Both the position numbers and the translations under genes were made by a program. From Terriglobia bacterium (GTDB taxonomy: Bacteria; Acidobacteriota; Terriglobia; Terriglobales; Acidobacteriaceae), in the NCBI GenBank assembly GCA_963823745.1, contig CAWGMN010000013.1:38246-102245 (forward strand): DNA of 64,000 bases, read 5' to 3'. Below the pieces are notes generated by a model. That model searched no databases and was not told where the DNA came from. It saw only the letters and a list, made by a program, of their open reading frames with translations. Below, piece after piece: positions 24,709 through 35,092 of the stretch (position 1 is the stretch's first letter; each line of letters begins with the position of its first letter).

Positions 24709-25818
24709 ATGCAGTTCCCTCACTATAAAGCGCAGCAACGCAATGCCCAGCCTTGCCAGCCCGCAATAGTCCCCTGTTTCGTCCGCCAGTTATGCGCCGT
24801 GTTTCTGGCGGGCGCACTGCTGTTCACTCCGGCAGGACAGATCATGGGCCAGCAGTCACCGGTCTATTCCGTGCATGTGAAAGTGGTGAACATGCTGGCT
24901 ACGGTCCGCGACAAACACGGACTGATGATCAACAACCTGAACAAAGATGACTTCACGCTGGAAGAAGACGGACGGCCGCAAACCATCCGGTACTTCACGC
25001 AGGATACCGATCTGCCGCTCACCCTGGGGCTGCTGGTAGACACCAGCATGAGCCAGCTCAGAGTGCTTGACCGCGAGCGCACCGCCAGCCACAGCTTTCT
25101 GGACCAGATCCTGCGCGAGGACAAAGACCTGGCCTTCCTGATCCACTTCGATTCCGAAGTAGAACTTTTGCAGGACCTGACCTCCTCCCGTCCGAAGCTG
25201 GAAGCCTCGCTCAACGATGTGCAGATGACCCAGCGTGAACCGCAGCAGAGCACCTCATGGCCGGGAAGCGGCAGAGGAGGAGCAGGCGCGCATCGCGGAC
25301 GCCCCGCCGGCACCCTGCTGTACGATTCCGTTTACCTCGCCTCAGACGAACTGATGAGCAAGCAGAAAGGGCGCAAAGCCCTCATTATTCTTACCGACGG
25401 CGTAGACCAGGGCAGCAAGCTCTCATTGCAGGCAGCAGTGGAATCAGCGCAGAGAGCGGACACCATCGTCTACGGCATCCTGTTTGCCGACGAGCAATTC
25501 TACGATCGCGGCGGTTTTGGCGGCTGGGGCCGGCACGGCGGGCACATTCCCTTTCCTCCCATCGAGGACCATCCGGACGGCAAGAAAGTGCTGGAACAGC
25601 TTTCCAGACAGACCGGCGGCAGAATGTTTGAAGTCTCGAAAAAGCTGTCCATCGAAAGAATCTACACGCAAATTCAGGAAGAGCTGCGCAATCAATACAG
25701 CATCGGCTACACGCCGGACCCGCCTCACTCCGATTCCGGATATCACAAGATTCATCTGGCGGTGAGACAAAAAGATATGCAGGTGCAAACCAGAGAGGGC
25801 TACTACTCAAATCAGTAG
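24709..25818 (+). CDS. VWA domain protein with an acidobacterial VWFA-related N-terminal domain (TIGR03436-like, from memory)
   Basis: VHVKVVNMLATVRDKHGLMINNLNKDDFTLEEDGRPQTIRYF, then LLVDTSMSQ (MIDAS-like DxSxS) and ALIILTDGVDQGS. The start is placed at M65 of ORF 24517..25818, because the upstream part is translated repeat sequence. Confidence 0.8.
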   Translation: MQFPHYKAQQRNAQPCQPAIVPCFVRQLCAVFLAGALLFTPAGQIMGQQSPVYSVHVKVVNMLATVRDKHGLMINNLNKDDFTLEEDGRPQTIRYFTQDTDLPLTLGLLVDTSMSQLRVLDRERTASHSFLDQILREDKDLAFLIHFDSEVELLQDLTSSRPKLEASLNDVQMTQREPQQSTSWPGSGRGGAGAHRGRPAGTLLYDSVYLASDELMSKQKGRKALIILTDGVDQGSKLSLQAAVESAQRADTIVYGILFADEQFYDRGGFGGWGRHGGHIPFPPIEDHPDGKKVLEQLSRQTGGRMFEVSKKLSIERIYTQIQEELRNQYSIGYTPDPPHSDSGYHKIHLAVRQKDMQVQTREGYYSNQ

Positions 25819-25995
25819 AGGAGTCCAGGAATTGCTAACGAGCATAGCCGTATGATCGAGTTAGGAATGGATATTTATGCCGGATTAAACAAATGCTGTA
25901 AACACATTGGTGGAAGCCCCGGACTTTCAGCCCGGGGGAGTGGGCGTTCAAGCCTACGTAAACGCGATAGTAATGAGCGGCGCTTTGCAACAGTT

Positions 25996-26083
25996 TTGTA
26001 ACAGGGCATGACTTCAGTCGTGCCGAAATGGCCCATAAACATTGGGCTTCAGCCCCTGCATACCTTCCACCTCACGGTAATGT
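25996..26083. repeat. Hairpin repeat, family D
   Basis: TGTAACAGGGCATGACTTCAGTCGTGCCGAAA..ATTGGGCTTCAGCCCCTGCATACCTTCCACCTCACGGTA. Compare 22105-22198 with 22371-22425, and 27462-27520. Confidence 0.8.
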
Positions 26084-26239
26084 TGCCATCAGAATCGCAT
26101 GATCTTGTCTTGAAAGAAAGTTTCGCGCCTCTGACGCTTCCATTTGTTTACCTCTTTTTCCAGCCCTTCGCGCTGGGCTAACTTCTTGTCACACCTCTGG
26201 TGCGGGGAGCCGCTCTAACGCGCTATTCCGCATCTTTCA

Positions 26240-26899
26240 ATGTTCATGATGCGTTCTCCAGCCAGAGCGCGACTGTCATCTGACTGGTTCCAGATCATTC
26301 TCGTTTTCTCTGCCATCGAGGGCGCGTTGTGGACCCAGGGCCGGGCCCAGGCCGCGTGGTCTCTGGTAGCTTTGGTACTGCTGCTGATCTGCGTCGCAGT
26401 AAGAAAACCCACAGTCCAGGATCTTGGGTTGGGACTGCGTGGCATGGCGGGCGCGTCATGGGCGATCCTGATAGCCGTGGTGTTCTGCGCCGGATGCATG
26501 TTGCTGGCCTGGAGAATGGGGACGCTGAAGCTGCTGTACAGCCCACAGCCGGCAAACTGGCGCACCCTTTTTTACGCTCTTTGGGCCTTTGAGCAACAGT
26601 TCATGTTGAACGCATTCTTTTACCGCCGGTTTGAAAACCTGTACGGCGGCGGCCCTGCCTCCCTGTTGCTGACGGCCGGACTGTTCTCTGTGGCCCATGT
26701 CCCGAATCCGGTGCTGGTGCCCGCCACATTTATCGGGGCCATCTTCTTTATTGAAGTCTTTCGCCGCTGGAGGAACCTGTATCCTCTGGCGATCGCACAT
26801 GCCATGTTCGGCCTTACGCTGGCGGTGACCATTCCCGACCGGTGGCTGCGGCACATGCGGGTAGGCATCGGGTTTTTCCGTTTCCACCTGCGGGCGTGA
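26240..26899 (+). CDS. CPBP family intramembrane metalloprotease (CAAX protease-like)
   Basis: 219 aa, polytopic. It has CPBP-like motifs FEQQFMLNAFFYRR, FSVAH and IAHAMFG. Confidence 0.75.
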   Translation: MFMMRSPARARLSSDWFQIILVFSAIEGALWTQGRAQAAWSLVALVLLLICVAVRKPTVQDLGLGLRGMAGASWAILIAVVFCAGCMLLAWRMGTLKLLYSPQPANWRTLFYALWAFEQQFMLNAFFYRRFENLYGGGPASLLLTAGLFSVAHVPNPVLVPATFIGAIFFIEVFRRWRNLYPLAIAHAMFGLTLAVTIPDRWLRHMRVGIGFFRFHLRA

Positions 26900-27127
26900 T
26901 GAAGGGGCTTTAGCGTGCGTGTGAGAACTCAACTTCGATGGGGACACGGTGGCGGAACGAAACTGCGCAGGATAAAAAGCGGTGTAGAAGAACTAGCTTG
27001 TATGCGTTAACGAGACATGTATCAGCCAGAACCACCCCTGAAACTGCCGGGGTGGTTGCATGATCCAGAAACTCAGGCAGCATGATGTCTCTGAGCTAAC
27101 CCTGTCTGGATGATTTGAATTTATTCC

Positions 27128-27213
27128 AGTCCCGCTCCGCGGGACGTGTGAAGCTAGCCCGCCGTTTCAACGGCGGGAAGGTGAAGCGACAAACAGAGTC
27201 CCCGGAAAGGGGA
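27128..27213. repeat. Modular hairpin repeat, family B, copy 2 (inverted)
   Basis: GTCCCGC-TCC-GCGGGAC; CCCGCCG-TTTCAA-CGGCGGG; GTCCCC-GGAAA-GGGGAC. Confidence 0.85.
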
Positions 27214-27301
27214 CGACTGAACTTGCGTTGGCACAAGAAACTCTCTTAACGGTCTCAATGCGCGCCTTCATAACCAAACAATTGACGGAGTTTCTGGAGA
27301 G

Positions 27302-27473
27302 GGCACGAGTTTACAACTTGCGGAAAAACGAATTTTTTAGAAAAATCGGCACTATTTTGGTGATAGAAAATCATCAAGTATGGCTTGCCGATCGTTCCTG
27401 GGGCATTTAAACGCGATTTCATCTTTGCATCTCCGTGAGATTTTGCGTTTTTCCGCAAGTTGTTTAGTCGTGC
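27302..27473. repeat. 29-nt imperfect inverted repeats flanking a 114-nt AT-rich core (MITE-like, or an expanded family D hairpin)
   Basis: The left arm is GGCACGAGTTTACAACTTGCGGAAAAACG (27302-27330). The reverse complement of the right arm (27445-27473) is GGCACGACTAAACAACTTGCGGAAAAACG, matching at 25 of 29 positions. Confidence 0.8.
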
Positions 27474-27592
27474 CGAAAAAGCATTCTATGTATTGGGCTT
27501 CAGCCCCCGGCACACTCTTAACTGCATCGTGGTGTGGCTACGGAATAGGTTAACGGGAAACTTTTTCGGCATTGGACGTATCTTCCACACGC

Positions 27593-27735
27593 AAAAGACT
27601 TATGCCGTCCCTACAGGACTCAACTGTGTTTCAATCTGCTTCCCAGCACGCCTTCCCAGATTGCGCACACATCGCGCAATTCCGGGATCCGGTCGTGCTG
27701 GGCTCAATAATGCCGTCCCTCTGGGACTTTTGTGT
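27593..27735. repeat. Family A hairpin repeat, inverted and degenerate, with a 45-nt insertion in the main loop
   Basis: CTTATGCCGTCCCTACAGGGAC-type module. CCCAGCAC (27642-27649) and GTGCTGGG (27695-27702) are now separated by 45 nt that contain their own TTGCGC..GCGCAA stem. Confidence 0.75.
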
Positions 27736-27849
27736 TTCTGGATCCGTCGAACCATGCACTTCAATGGTGGTCGGGCTGTTGCAAAACTGTTTGCGAGATG
27801 AAGTTCTTATGCATCCTCAAAGCCAATGCTGTACTAAGTTTTTGGCAAT

Positions 27850-27953
27850 GCGCAACTCGAATCCCGGAGGGATGCCATTTTTGAGCCCAGCACGTGAGTG
27901 CTGGGAAAAGCAGGAAAATGAATAGAGTCCCGTTAGGGACGGCATAAGTTTTT
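27850..27953. repeat. Modular hairpin repeat, family A, copy 2
   Basis: It has the same module order as 14951..15053. The third loop differs: GTCCC-GTTA-GGGAC here versus GTCCC-GCCA-GGGAC. Confidence 0.85.
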
Positions 27954-28129
27954 GCATCCGGCGATGAACAGATTTATTCACCGGTTCATTGCCGCCCCTC
28001 AGGCGAAAAATGTGTCAGGAATCATCAGCGCGACTGTCGCAAACAAAGACAACGCAGTCATGGCAAGATCGAGTGCGCTTACGCACCTGCACGATCCCGC
28101 ATTGTGAGTTCTGTAGCCATGAATCGAAG

Positions 28130-28987
28130 CTAAATTCTCTTGAACACAAACTCGTTGCAGCCGCCATGGCCGTTGATCTGGCTGCGGTCCAGAATAAATC
28201 CCCGCTTTTCGTAAAAGCCGATCAACTGGGCGGGCGTAGCAACTTCAAATGGATACCCACCGGCCCAGTCCACAACGTCATACCAGGGAGACATGCCGCG
28301 ACTGTTAGCGTAATTTCTCCAGCGTTCTGTTGTGACGCGGGGATGCAGCACAAACGGCTTGCCCCAGGCCCAGGCAAAGACCAGCCACTCCATCAGGCGT
28401 TTGAATGAACCGGCCACGGCGGTTGTAGGAGCGTTTGAAACCGTTGCCAGAACCTGCTCTTCCAGCCCTGATCGTTATAGATGGCGATCATCAATTTCTC
28501 TTTTGCGGGCGTGGCGACCAGATCCAAGTGCCTTCCACATATTACCGGTGTGGTGCAAAACACCCCAGGAATAGAGAATGTCAAACTTGCCCAGCGCAGC
28601 CATGTAGGCATCATCGAGGACCGAACCGCGTTCAATATGCCAGTTCGTATCGGGGGCAAATCGCCGTTTCATCTCCTTTGTGCACTCAACACTCTGCAAG
28701 TCGTAATCAAAGGAATACACGCGCGATGCGCCCAGGCGAACAGCGGCGAGGGAATGGATTCCGCTGCCGCAACCGGCATCGAGAAAGGTCTTGCCCTTTA
28801 TATCGCCTAACGCCTCCGACAGGCGGGCTGTAGCCTGACTGATACGGTTCTCGTCAATGACTGACAAAAAGTCAGACCAGTTCTTTCCAAATGCAAAACG
28901 GATCTCGTTCCCGGTGGCCATTGTTTGTGAATATATCATCGTTGGTATGGGATATTGGTCTGACTGGGCAGCAAGGAATCCCGCCAC
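28130..28987 (-). CDS. Class I SAM-dependent methyltransferase, frame-broken at least twice
   Basis: ORF 28475..28987 holds the N-terminal part (FLDAGCGSGIHSLAA motif I; DILYSWGVLHHTGNMWKAL). A middle frame holds DLVATPAKEKLMIAIYNDQGWKSRFW. ORF 28130..28417 holds the C-terminal part (..RGMSPWYDVVDWAGGYPFEVATPAQLIGFYEKRGF..GCNEFVF). Together they read as one familiar methyltransferase. Confidence 0.7.
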
Positions 28988-29171
28988 TTCTGCCGACCAG
29001 AGGGGAGTCTTGCGAATTTTGAACTGGGTTAAAATAGACGCAATGCCGACACCAGCGACTGACGTCGAACTCTGGTCACACTTTCAAAACGACCGAAAAA
29101 ATGTTTTTGCGAGGCGCCAAGGCCCGTCTTGATGCGCTTCTCCGGCTGGCAGCCAGGAAACCTCAGGACGG

Positions 29172-29738
29172 GTGCTGTTGAACATAGGCTGTGGTGACGG
29201 ATATCTGGAACGTTCCGCGCAACAAAAAGGTTGGCAGGTGGTGTCGGTTGATCCTGACAGCAAGTCGGTGGATGAATTGAAAGCCAACGGCATAGATGCA
29301 CGTTGCGGGTTCATCGAGTCGCTGCCAGTGGAATCGGAGAGCATCAACGTCGTAGTCAGCACCGAGGTGTTTGAACATCTCATCCCCGATTCGATGGAAG
29401 CAGGGCTGAAAGAAATTCATCGCATTCTTTCGCCTGGAGGGATTTTGATCGGCACAGTTCCTTACCGTGAGAATCTTGCCGACAACGAGGTTTTTTGTCC
29501 GGATTGCCGAAAGAGTTTCCACCGGTGGGGCCATCACCAGTCTTTTGATGAATCCAGCCATGCAACGGGCACTCGCCCAATACTTTCCCAGTGAGATCAC
29601 GTCCGCCAACGTTACTTCATCTGGTGGAAGTCGCTGAACTGGAAAGGGACGCTGGTCTGGGGCGCAAGGTTTACGTTTTCCATCTTCGGGGTTTATGGCG
29701 GCAACGCCAACCTTCTCTTTGTCGCGAAAAAGCGTTAA
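29172..29738 (+). CDS. SAM-dependent methyltransferase (Methyltransf_11-like) with a C-terminal zinc-ribbon, interrupted
   Basis: LLNIGCGDGYLE motif I; VVVSTEVFEHL; CPDCRKSFHRWGHHQSF. There is an in-frame TGA at 29592-29594. The same frame then resumes as YFIWWKSLNWKGTLVWGARFTFSIFGVYGGNANLLFVAKKR and stops at 29736-29738. Confidence 0.65.
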
Positions 29739-29766
29739 CTCCCGATCCGGTCGAAAGCATGCACAC

Positions 29767-30906
29767 TCAGGTTTCTACAAGTGAATTGAAGGAAGCGGCT
29801 TTTTTAGGCAATGCTGAGGCCCAATCCAGAAACTTCTTGAGGTTCGACTCCCCATCGTAATCGCGGTGTACACGAGCAAATCCGGCGCGGGCGATCTTCT
29901 CTCTCTGATCGTCATGCTGCAAATAATAGGCGGCTTTGTCCATGGCATCTTCGATGGAATCGTAAAATACGGCTTCCTTGCCTGGCTCGAATATCTGCTC
30001 ATGTGCGTTCATGCCCGCCTTGTCGCACAGCAACATCATGCCGTGGGCCGGCACTTCATACATGCGCATATTGCCGGTTTCCATCGCATTTTCCGAGAAG
30101 TGCATATCAATGCCGATCTTGGTTCTGTAATACAATCCGGCTCTCTGTTCATTCGAAAGCGGCCGCACTCTGGCGCGTAATGGCGATTTTCCCCAAAGCA
30201 AGCGTAGCGCTCCGCTGTAGCCACGCAACGGCCATCTGCCGTAGATGCTCATTGCAGGACCGAACCGTTTTCTGAGTTGCACCAGCCTGTCTAACTTAGG
30301 GCCGTAAGCTCCGCCCACATAAATCAAATCGAGGTCCCTATTACGAAAAAAACTATCACCTTGTTGCATTGCCTTGCGACGGGGGACTGCCAGCGGCCAG
30401 CGCTCGTCTTCAGTCGTTGCCCAAATATTGGGCGGTACCAGCGGCCACCAATAGCTCTGCTCGCATCCCCAACTGCTCAGAGCATCTTTGAAGAGGAACT
30501 TCTCGTTATAGCTGGGAGAGACATAGAACGCTCCGTCAAACGCCCACAAATAGGGGATGCCGCGAGTATAGGTAGAAACGGGATCGTCAATGAATCCCAA
30601 CACTTTGATCGGCCTGCGCAAATCGTTGAATAGAGCTTCAGGGTGAACTGGATTATAAGTGGACAACACAATCAGGTCCGCATCGTGAAACTTATCAATG
30701 AAATCGCGCAGGAAGCGCATATACGAGGGATCGCGGTCACGATACATACGATCAATGGATTTCGCTTCAGTCAGCTTGCGGAACAGCAGCTTTCTTTTCC
30801 ACCAGGAATCGTGCCCTGAAAAATACGGAAACGGATCCAGACTATCAATCGAATACCCATGAAATTCCCCCATCTGGGGTACATGGAACAGACAGACTTT
30901 CTTCAT
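29767..30906 (-). CDS. Glycosyltransferase, CgeB-like (DUF3880 / Glyco_trans_1_2-type)
   Basis: 379 aa. The C-terminal half (IGIDMHFSE..GNMRMYEVPAHGMMLLCDK..IFEPGKEAVFYDSIEDAMDKAAYYLQHDDQREKIARAGF) matches the CgeB-family pattern, as I recall it. Confidence 0.6.
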   Translation of the reverse strand: MKKVCLFHVPQMGEFHGYSIDSLDPFPYFSGHDSWWKRKLLFRKLTEAKSIDRMYRDRDPSYMRFLRDFIDKFHDADLIVLSTYNPVHPEALFNDLRRPIKVLGFIDDPVSTYTRGIPYLWAFDGAFYVSPSYNEKFLFKDALSSWGCEQSYWWPLVPPNIWATTEDERWPLAVPRRKAMQQGDSFFRNRDLDLIYVGGAYGPKLDRLVQLRKRFGPAMSIYGRWPLRGYSGALRLLWGKSPLRARVRPLSNEQRAGLYYRTKIGIDMHFSENAMETGNMRMYEVPAHGMMLLCDKAGMNAHEQIFEPGKEAVFYDSIEDAMDKAAYYLQHDDQREKIARAGFARVHRDYDGESNLKKFLDWASALPKKAASFNSLVET

Positions 30907-30928
30907 GAGCAGGGCTGCTCCGTCATTG

Positions 30929-31459
30929 TCATTTCACAGCCTCCAGATTCAGGCTCATGAGGCGGCCCTGCTGTTTATCCATGTGGGGAAGATAGGCCTG
31001 GGAGTAATCATCGAGCGCGGCGTGATCGGTAGCGCGCCAATCGTAGCGCGCAACGGAGCGAAAGCCTACATCGAGCAGGCGCTGGCGCAGCAGCTTTTCG
31101 TCAAAAATCATTTTGTGAAAATCATACTGGTTGCGCTGGCCGCCGCACACCAGGCCGATCAACTCGGCAAGTTCGCCGGTTTGCCTGTAACGATGGGTTA
31201 CGGCTTCAAAGTCAGGCACCGCAACGCGCAGAATTCCGCCGGTCCGCAGCACGCGAAACCACTCGCGCAGCACTTTCTCGAGCTCATGGCGTCCGAAATG
31301 CTCAAGCACGTGGGAAGCATAAATCAGTTCGACTGAGCCGTCCGGGGCGAAATCCAGCACATCCACCGGCGCCCGAAAATCAATGTGAGGATGGTCCTCG
31401 ATGTCCACGTGGACAAAACCGGGAATATGTTTTTTTCCGCAACCCAGATGGAGCTTCAT
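30929..31459 (-). CDS. SAM-dependent methyltransferase (Methyltransf_11-like)
   Basis: MKLHLGCGKKHIPGFVHVD..ELIYASHVLEHF..VLRTGGILRVAVPD. Its ATG overlaps the fcl stop as ATGA (31456-31459). Confidence 0.75.
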   Translation of the reverse strand: MKLHLGCGKKHIPGFVHVDIEDHPHIDFRAPVDVLDFAPDGSVELIYASHVLEHFGRHELEKVLREWFRVLRTGGILRVAVPDFEAVTHRYRQTGELAELIGLVCGGQRNQYDFHKMIFDEKLLRQRLLDVGFRSVARYDWRATDHAALDDYSQAYLPHMDKQQGRLMSLNLEAVK

Positions 31460-32421
31460 TGTCTGACGATCGCCGTTTCCTGAAACCACTCATAGACCTG
31501 GCGGACACCCTCACGAAGAGGAATTCGCGGCGCCCAGCCCAGACTGGTAAGGCGGGAGATGTCCAGCAGCTTGCGCATCGTGCCGTCGGGCTTCGACCTG
31601 TCCCACTCCACCGGCCCCTGATAACCGGTAATGCCGGCCACCAATTCAGCCAGTTCCATGATGGTTAGATCCTCTCCGCAGCCAATGTTGATGAGCGGTG
31701 GAGCTTCGGGCGTAAACAGGGCCTGGAGGCGTTCGCGGCCTGCGGTCATGATATGCAGGCATGCGTCGGCCATGTCATCCACGTGCAGGAACTCGCGCCT
31801 GGGTGTGCCCGTTCCCCACAGCATCACAGGCCGCCGGGAGATTTTGCCTTCGTGAAATTTGCGCAGCATCGCGGGCAGCACATGCGATGTTTCCGGATCG
31901 AAATTGTCGGTGGTGCCATACAGATTCGTGGGCATCACGCATAGATAACGCGTGCCATATTGCCGGTTATAGGCATGGCACATCTCGATGCCCGCAATCT
32001 TGGCCATGGCATAGGCCGAATTGGTCTTCTCCAGCGGCCCGGTCATGAAGTATTCCTCGCGGATGGGCTGGGGACAATCGCGGGGGTAGATGCAGGAAGA
32101 TCCCAGGAACAAAAGGCCCTCCACCTCATGCACATAGGCGTTGTGAATCACGTTGGTCTGGATCAAAAGATTTTCGCGGATAAACTCAGCCGAATAGATC
32201 GAATTGGCCAGGATCCCGCCGACGCGGGCCGCGGCCAGCATCACGTGCCGGGGACGCTCGGCGGCAAAAAACCTTGCCACTGCGGCCTCGTCCATCAGGT
32301 CAAGTTCGGCGTGCGAGCGGGTGACAAGATGATGAAAACCTGCCGCCTCAAGACGCCGCAGGACGGCGGAGCCCACCAGCCCGCGATGCCCGGCAACATA
32401 GATCTTGTCGTCTTTGTTCAT
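31456..32421 (-). CDS. fcl: GDP-L-fucose synthase
   Basis: 321 aa. IYVAGHRGLVGSAV (Rossmann), SSCIYP, YAMAKIAG (YxxxK). It lies immediately downstream of gmd. Confidence 0.92.
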   Translation of the reverse strand: MNKDDKIYVAGHRGLVGSAVLRRLEAAGFHHLVTRSHAELDLMDEAAVARFFAAERPRHVMLAAARVGGILANSIYSAEFIRENLLIQTNVIHNAYVHEVEGLLFLGSSCIYPRDCPQPIREEYFMTGPLEKTNSAYAMAKIAGIEMCHAYNRQYGTRYLCVMPTNLYGTTDNFDPETSHVLPAMLRKFHEGKISRRPVMLWGTGTPRREFLHVDDMADACLHIMTAGRERLQALFTPEAPPLINIGCGEDLTIMELAELVAGITGYQGPVEWDRSKPDGTMRKLLDISRLTSLGWAPRIPLREGVRQVYEWFQETAIVRQ

Positions 32422-32427
32422 AGCGCC

Positions 32428-33519
32428 TTATTCGTGATGGATCATGACGCGCAGACCTTCTTTTTTACATAAAGCTTCGTATTTCGCGATGGCCAGCTCT
32501 TCTTTCACCATCTCAACCACCAGTTCGGCAAAGCTGGTGCGGGGCTGCCATCCGAGTTTCTCACGCGCTTTGGCGGCATTGCCCAGCAGCGAATCTACTT
32601 CCGCGGGGCGGAAGTAACGCGGATCCACGGCAACGATCCGCTTCCCTGTCTGCGCATCGAATCCCTGCTCAGAGCTGCCGGAGCCGGTCCAGCGGATATT
32701 CATGCCCAGTTCAGCGGCGGCCGCCACCACGAACTCCCGCACGGAATGCTGCGTGCCGGTGGCGATCACAAAATCCTCAGGCTGGGGCTGCTGAAGCATG
32801 AGCCACATGGCTTCCACGTAGTCGCGGGCATGGCCCCAGTCACGGCGGGCCTCGAGATTGCCCAGATACAGGCAGTCCTGAAGGCCGAGCTGGATGCGGG
32901 TGAGCGCGCGGGTAATCTTGCGCGTAACAAAGGTCTCGCCGCGCACCGGCGACTCGTGATTAAAGAGAATGCCATTGCAGGCGAAAATCCCGTAGGCCTC
33001 GCGGTAATTGACGGCGATCCAGTAGGCATAAAGCTTGGCCACCCCATAGGGCGACCGGGGATAGAATGGCGTGGTCTCCGATTGCGGGACCTCTCTTACC
33101 ATGCCGTACATCTCAGAGGTGGATGCCTGGTAGAAGCGGGTCTTTTTCTCGAGGCCGAGAATGCGTATGGCCTCCAGCAGACGCAGCGGGCCGAGCGCGT
33201 CGGAGTCGGCGGTATATTCGGGTTCTTCGAAAGAGACGGCCACATGACTCTGGGCGGCCAGATTGTAAATCTCATCGGGTTGTACCTGCTGGATGATGCG
33301 CAACAGCGTGCTGGAATCGGTCATGTCACCGTAATGAAGAAAGAACCGGCAGCCCGGCGCATGGCGGTCCTGAATGAGATGATCAATTCTCTGGGTATTG
33401 AAGGATGAGGCGCGGCGCTTGATGCCGTGCACCTCGTAGTCCTTTTGCAAAAGGAACTCGGCCAGATAGGCTCCATCCTGGCCGGTGACGCCGGTGATGA
33501 GTGCGCGTTTAGGTTTCAC
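32428..33519 (-). CDS. gmd: GDP-mannose 4,6-dehydratase
   Basis: 363 aa. [48 protein letters not shown]. Confidence 0.95.
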   Translation of the reverse strand: MKPKRALITGVTGQDGAYLAEFLLQKDYEVHGIKRRASSFNTQRIDHLIQDRHAPGCRFFLHYGDMTDSSTLLRIIQQVQPDEIYNLAAQSHVAVSFEEPEYTADSDALGPLRLLEAIRILGLEKKTRFYQASTSEMYGMVREVPQSETTPFYPRSPYGVAKLYAYWIAVNYREAYGIFACNGILFNHESPVRGETFVTRKITRALTRIQLGLQDCLYLGNLEARRDWGHARDYVEAMWLMLQQPQPEDFVIATGTQHSVREFVVAAAAELGMNIRWTGSGSSEQGFDAQTGKRIVAVDPRYFRPAEVDSLLGNAAKAREKLGWQPRTSFAELVVEMVKEELAIAKYEALCKKEGLRVMIHHE

Positions 33520-34285
33520 TTGAGTTCACCATGGTAACGTCTGCCAGAGAGCATTGCGCGGCTGCGTTTTCTTGCTCCACCAGCAGTTTGCGGGTGAAAA
33601 ACCCGAGAACAAGACATGAATTGGCATAGACAATCGAAGTGGAAAGAGCAATCCCAGCCACTCCAAGCTTCCTCATGAATAAGAGATTCAACACCACATT
33701 CAACACTGTGTTCATTACAGCGATATACGCCATCAAGTCGGTACGATTCAGCGACGTGAGAAACCGCACGAAAAGCACAGCCCAAGTATAAAAGGGAATG
33801 CTGATGGCAAACAGCATTTGGACAACACTCACCACTTTTGTGTCTTCAGCAGTGAAAGCTCCGCGTTGAAACAGCAGACGGACTAGAGGAGTAGAGCCTG
33901 CCATCAGTCCCAATGTGACCGGGACAGTGGCAGCGAGCACCAGAAAAGAATAAACCTTCAGCGTCCGCCGGCATCCGAACCAGTCTTTGTTGGCTACCAT
34001 CTTTGAAAAATATGGAAGGACCGCAGTGTGCAAAGCAACAGAGAAAAGCACAGTGAGAGCAGTTATGGCCTTGTTTCCATAGCTCAGCGCGGCCACACTG
34101 CCCGCGCTTAAAGCAGCGGCCATGGCCTGATCAATGATGGGTGAGGCACTCATGATTACCGAACTGCTCATGAGGGGCAGCGCCTGCCGAATGATCAGGC
34201 GCAACTCGGGGCTTGAACCATACCATCGCGGCAGCAAACGCAAACCGTGAGCGATCAGTCCGAAGGCCAAGCAAAGACATCTCAA
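33509..34285 (-). CDS. MurJ/MviN-like (MOP superfamily) flippase, C-terminal segment
   Basis: Polytopic. It contains ..[38 protein letters not shown].. and continues ORF 34131..34958 after a frame break. Confidence 0.7.
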   Translation of the reverse strand: MRCLCLAFGLIAHGLRLLPRWYGSSPELRLIIRQALPLMSSSVIMSASPIIDQAMAAALSAGSVAALSYGNKAITALTVLFSVALHTAVLPYFSKMVANKDWFGCRRTLKVYSFLVLAATVPVTLGLMAGSTPLVRLLFQRGAFTAEDTKVVSVVQMLFAISIPFYTWAVLFVRFLTSLNRTDLMAYIAVMNTVLNVVLNLLFMRKLGVAGIALSTSIVYANSCLVLGFFTRKLLVEQENAAAQCSLADVTMVNSSET

Positions 34286-34958
34286 TCGCAGAGCCGATCA
34301 CCGTTCCAGCCGCCAGGGAAAAAACGCCTAAGTCCCGGCCGGTGGCAAACAGAAAACCAAAAATAACCAGAGGAGTAACTACAGGGGTGAGAGCGGGCAG
34401 CGCGAATTTTTCGCGAGAATTCAGTAAAGCCGACCATACAGCAATCATTCCACTGAGAAGAATGAAAGGGGTCAGCGCATATAGAAGATGACGGGTGAGC
34501 AACAGCTTTGCTGGGCTGAATCCAGCACCGAGCAGAGGCAGATAAAAAGGCGCAGTCAGAACCAGCAGAACGGAGACTGCTGCGAATACCAGAAAAACAA
34601 CAACCTGAAGGCTGGAAAACAGGCGTTGGGCCGTTTCCGGTCCCTGCTGGTCTCTCGTTTTGATATACACCGGTACCAGGGTCGCGCTGAACGCAGCGGC
34701 CACAAAGCTCGCAATGCTTGCCGGGAGCAACAGCGCCAGAAGAAAGGCGTCCAGGGCGTCACCGCGCCCGAACCAGTTGGCGACTGCAACCTCTTTGCCG
34801 GTCGAGGCAAGTTTGGCCAGCACGGAACAGCCTCCGACGATGACCACAGCGCGAAAAATTTTCCAGTTGGTTGTCATCGGCTTGTCCGGCGATGTAGGCC
34901 GGAGTCCAATGCTTTCCAGCAGTCTAGAAATCATCATGGATGAGAGCGAGAACACCAA
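34131..34958 (-). CDS. MurJ/MviN-like flippase, N-terminal segment
   Basis: ..VLAKLASTGKEVAVANWFGRGDALDAFLLALLLPASIASFVAAAFSATLVPVYI.. is a typical MurJ N-terminus. The tail after about 34290 is nonsense. Confidence 0.7.
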   Translation of the reverse strand: MVFSLSSMMISRLLESIGLRPTSPDKPMTTNWKIFRAVVIVGGCSVLAKLASTGKEVAVANWFGRGDALDAFLLALLLPASIASFVAAAFSATLVPVYIKTRDQQGPETAQRLFSSLQVVVFLVFAAVSVLLVLTAPFYLPLLGAGFSPAKLLLTRHLLYALTPFILLSGMIAVWSALLNSREKFALPALTPVVTPLVIFGFLFATGRDLGVFSLAAGTVIGSAIEMSLLGLRTDRSRFAFAAAMVWFKPRVAPDHSAGAAPHEQFGNHECLTHH

Positions 34959-35092
34959 GTAGCGCGGGTTTGTTCGCGCTCGAAACTGAGTCCCTTTTCC
35001 TATTTATCAGCATATATGTGGAGTGGTTCCCTTCCATTGTAAGTGCGGTCCTATGATTATGGGAGTGCGAAGATTGCCCGGAAAAGAAAGAG

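Noticed and set aside
29592-29594. Selenocysteine or programmed read-through at the in-frame TGA of the methyltransferase gene
   Set aside because: No SECIS-like hairpin is evident immediately downstream. A +1 frame segment reads better across the site, and the window is full of homopolymer indels.
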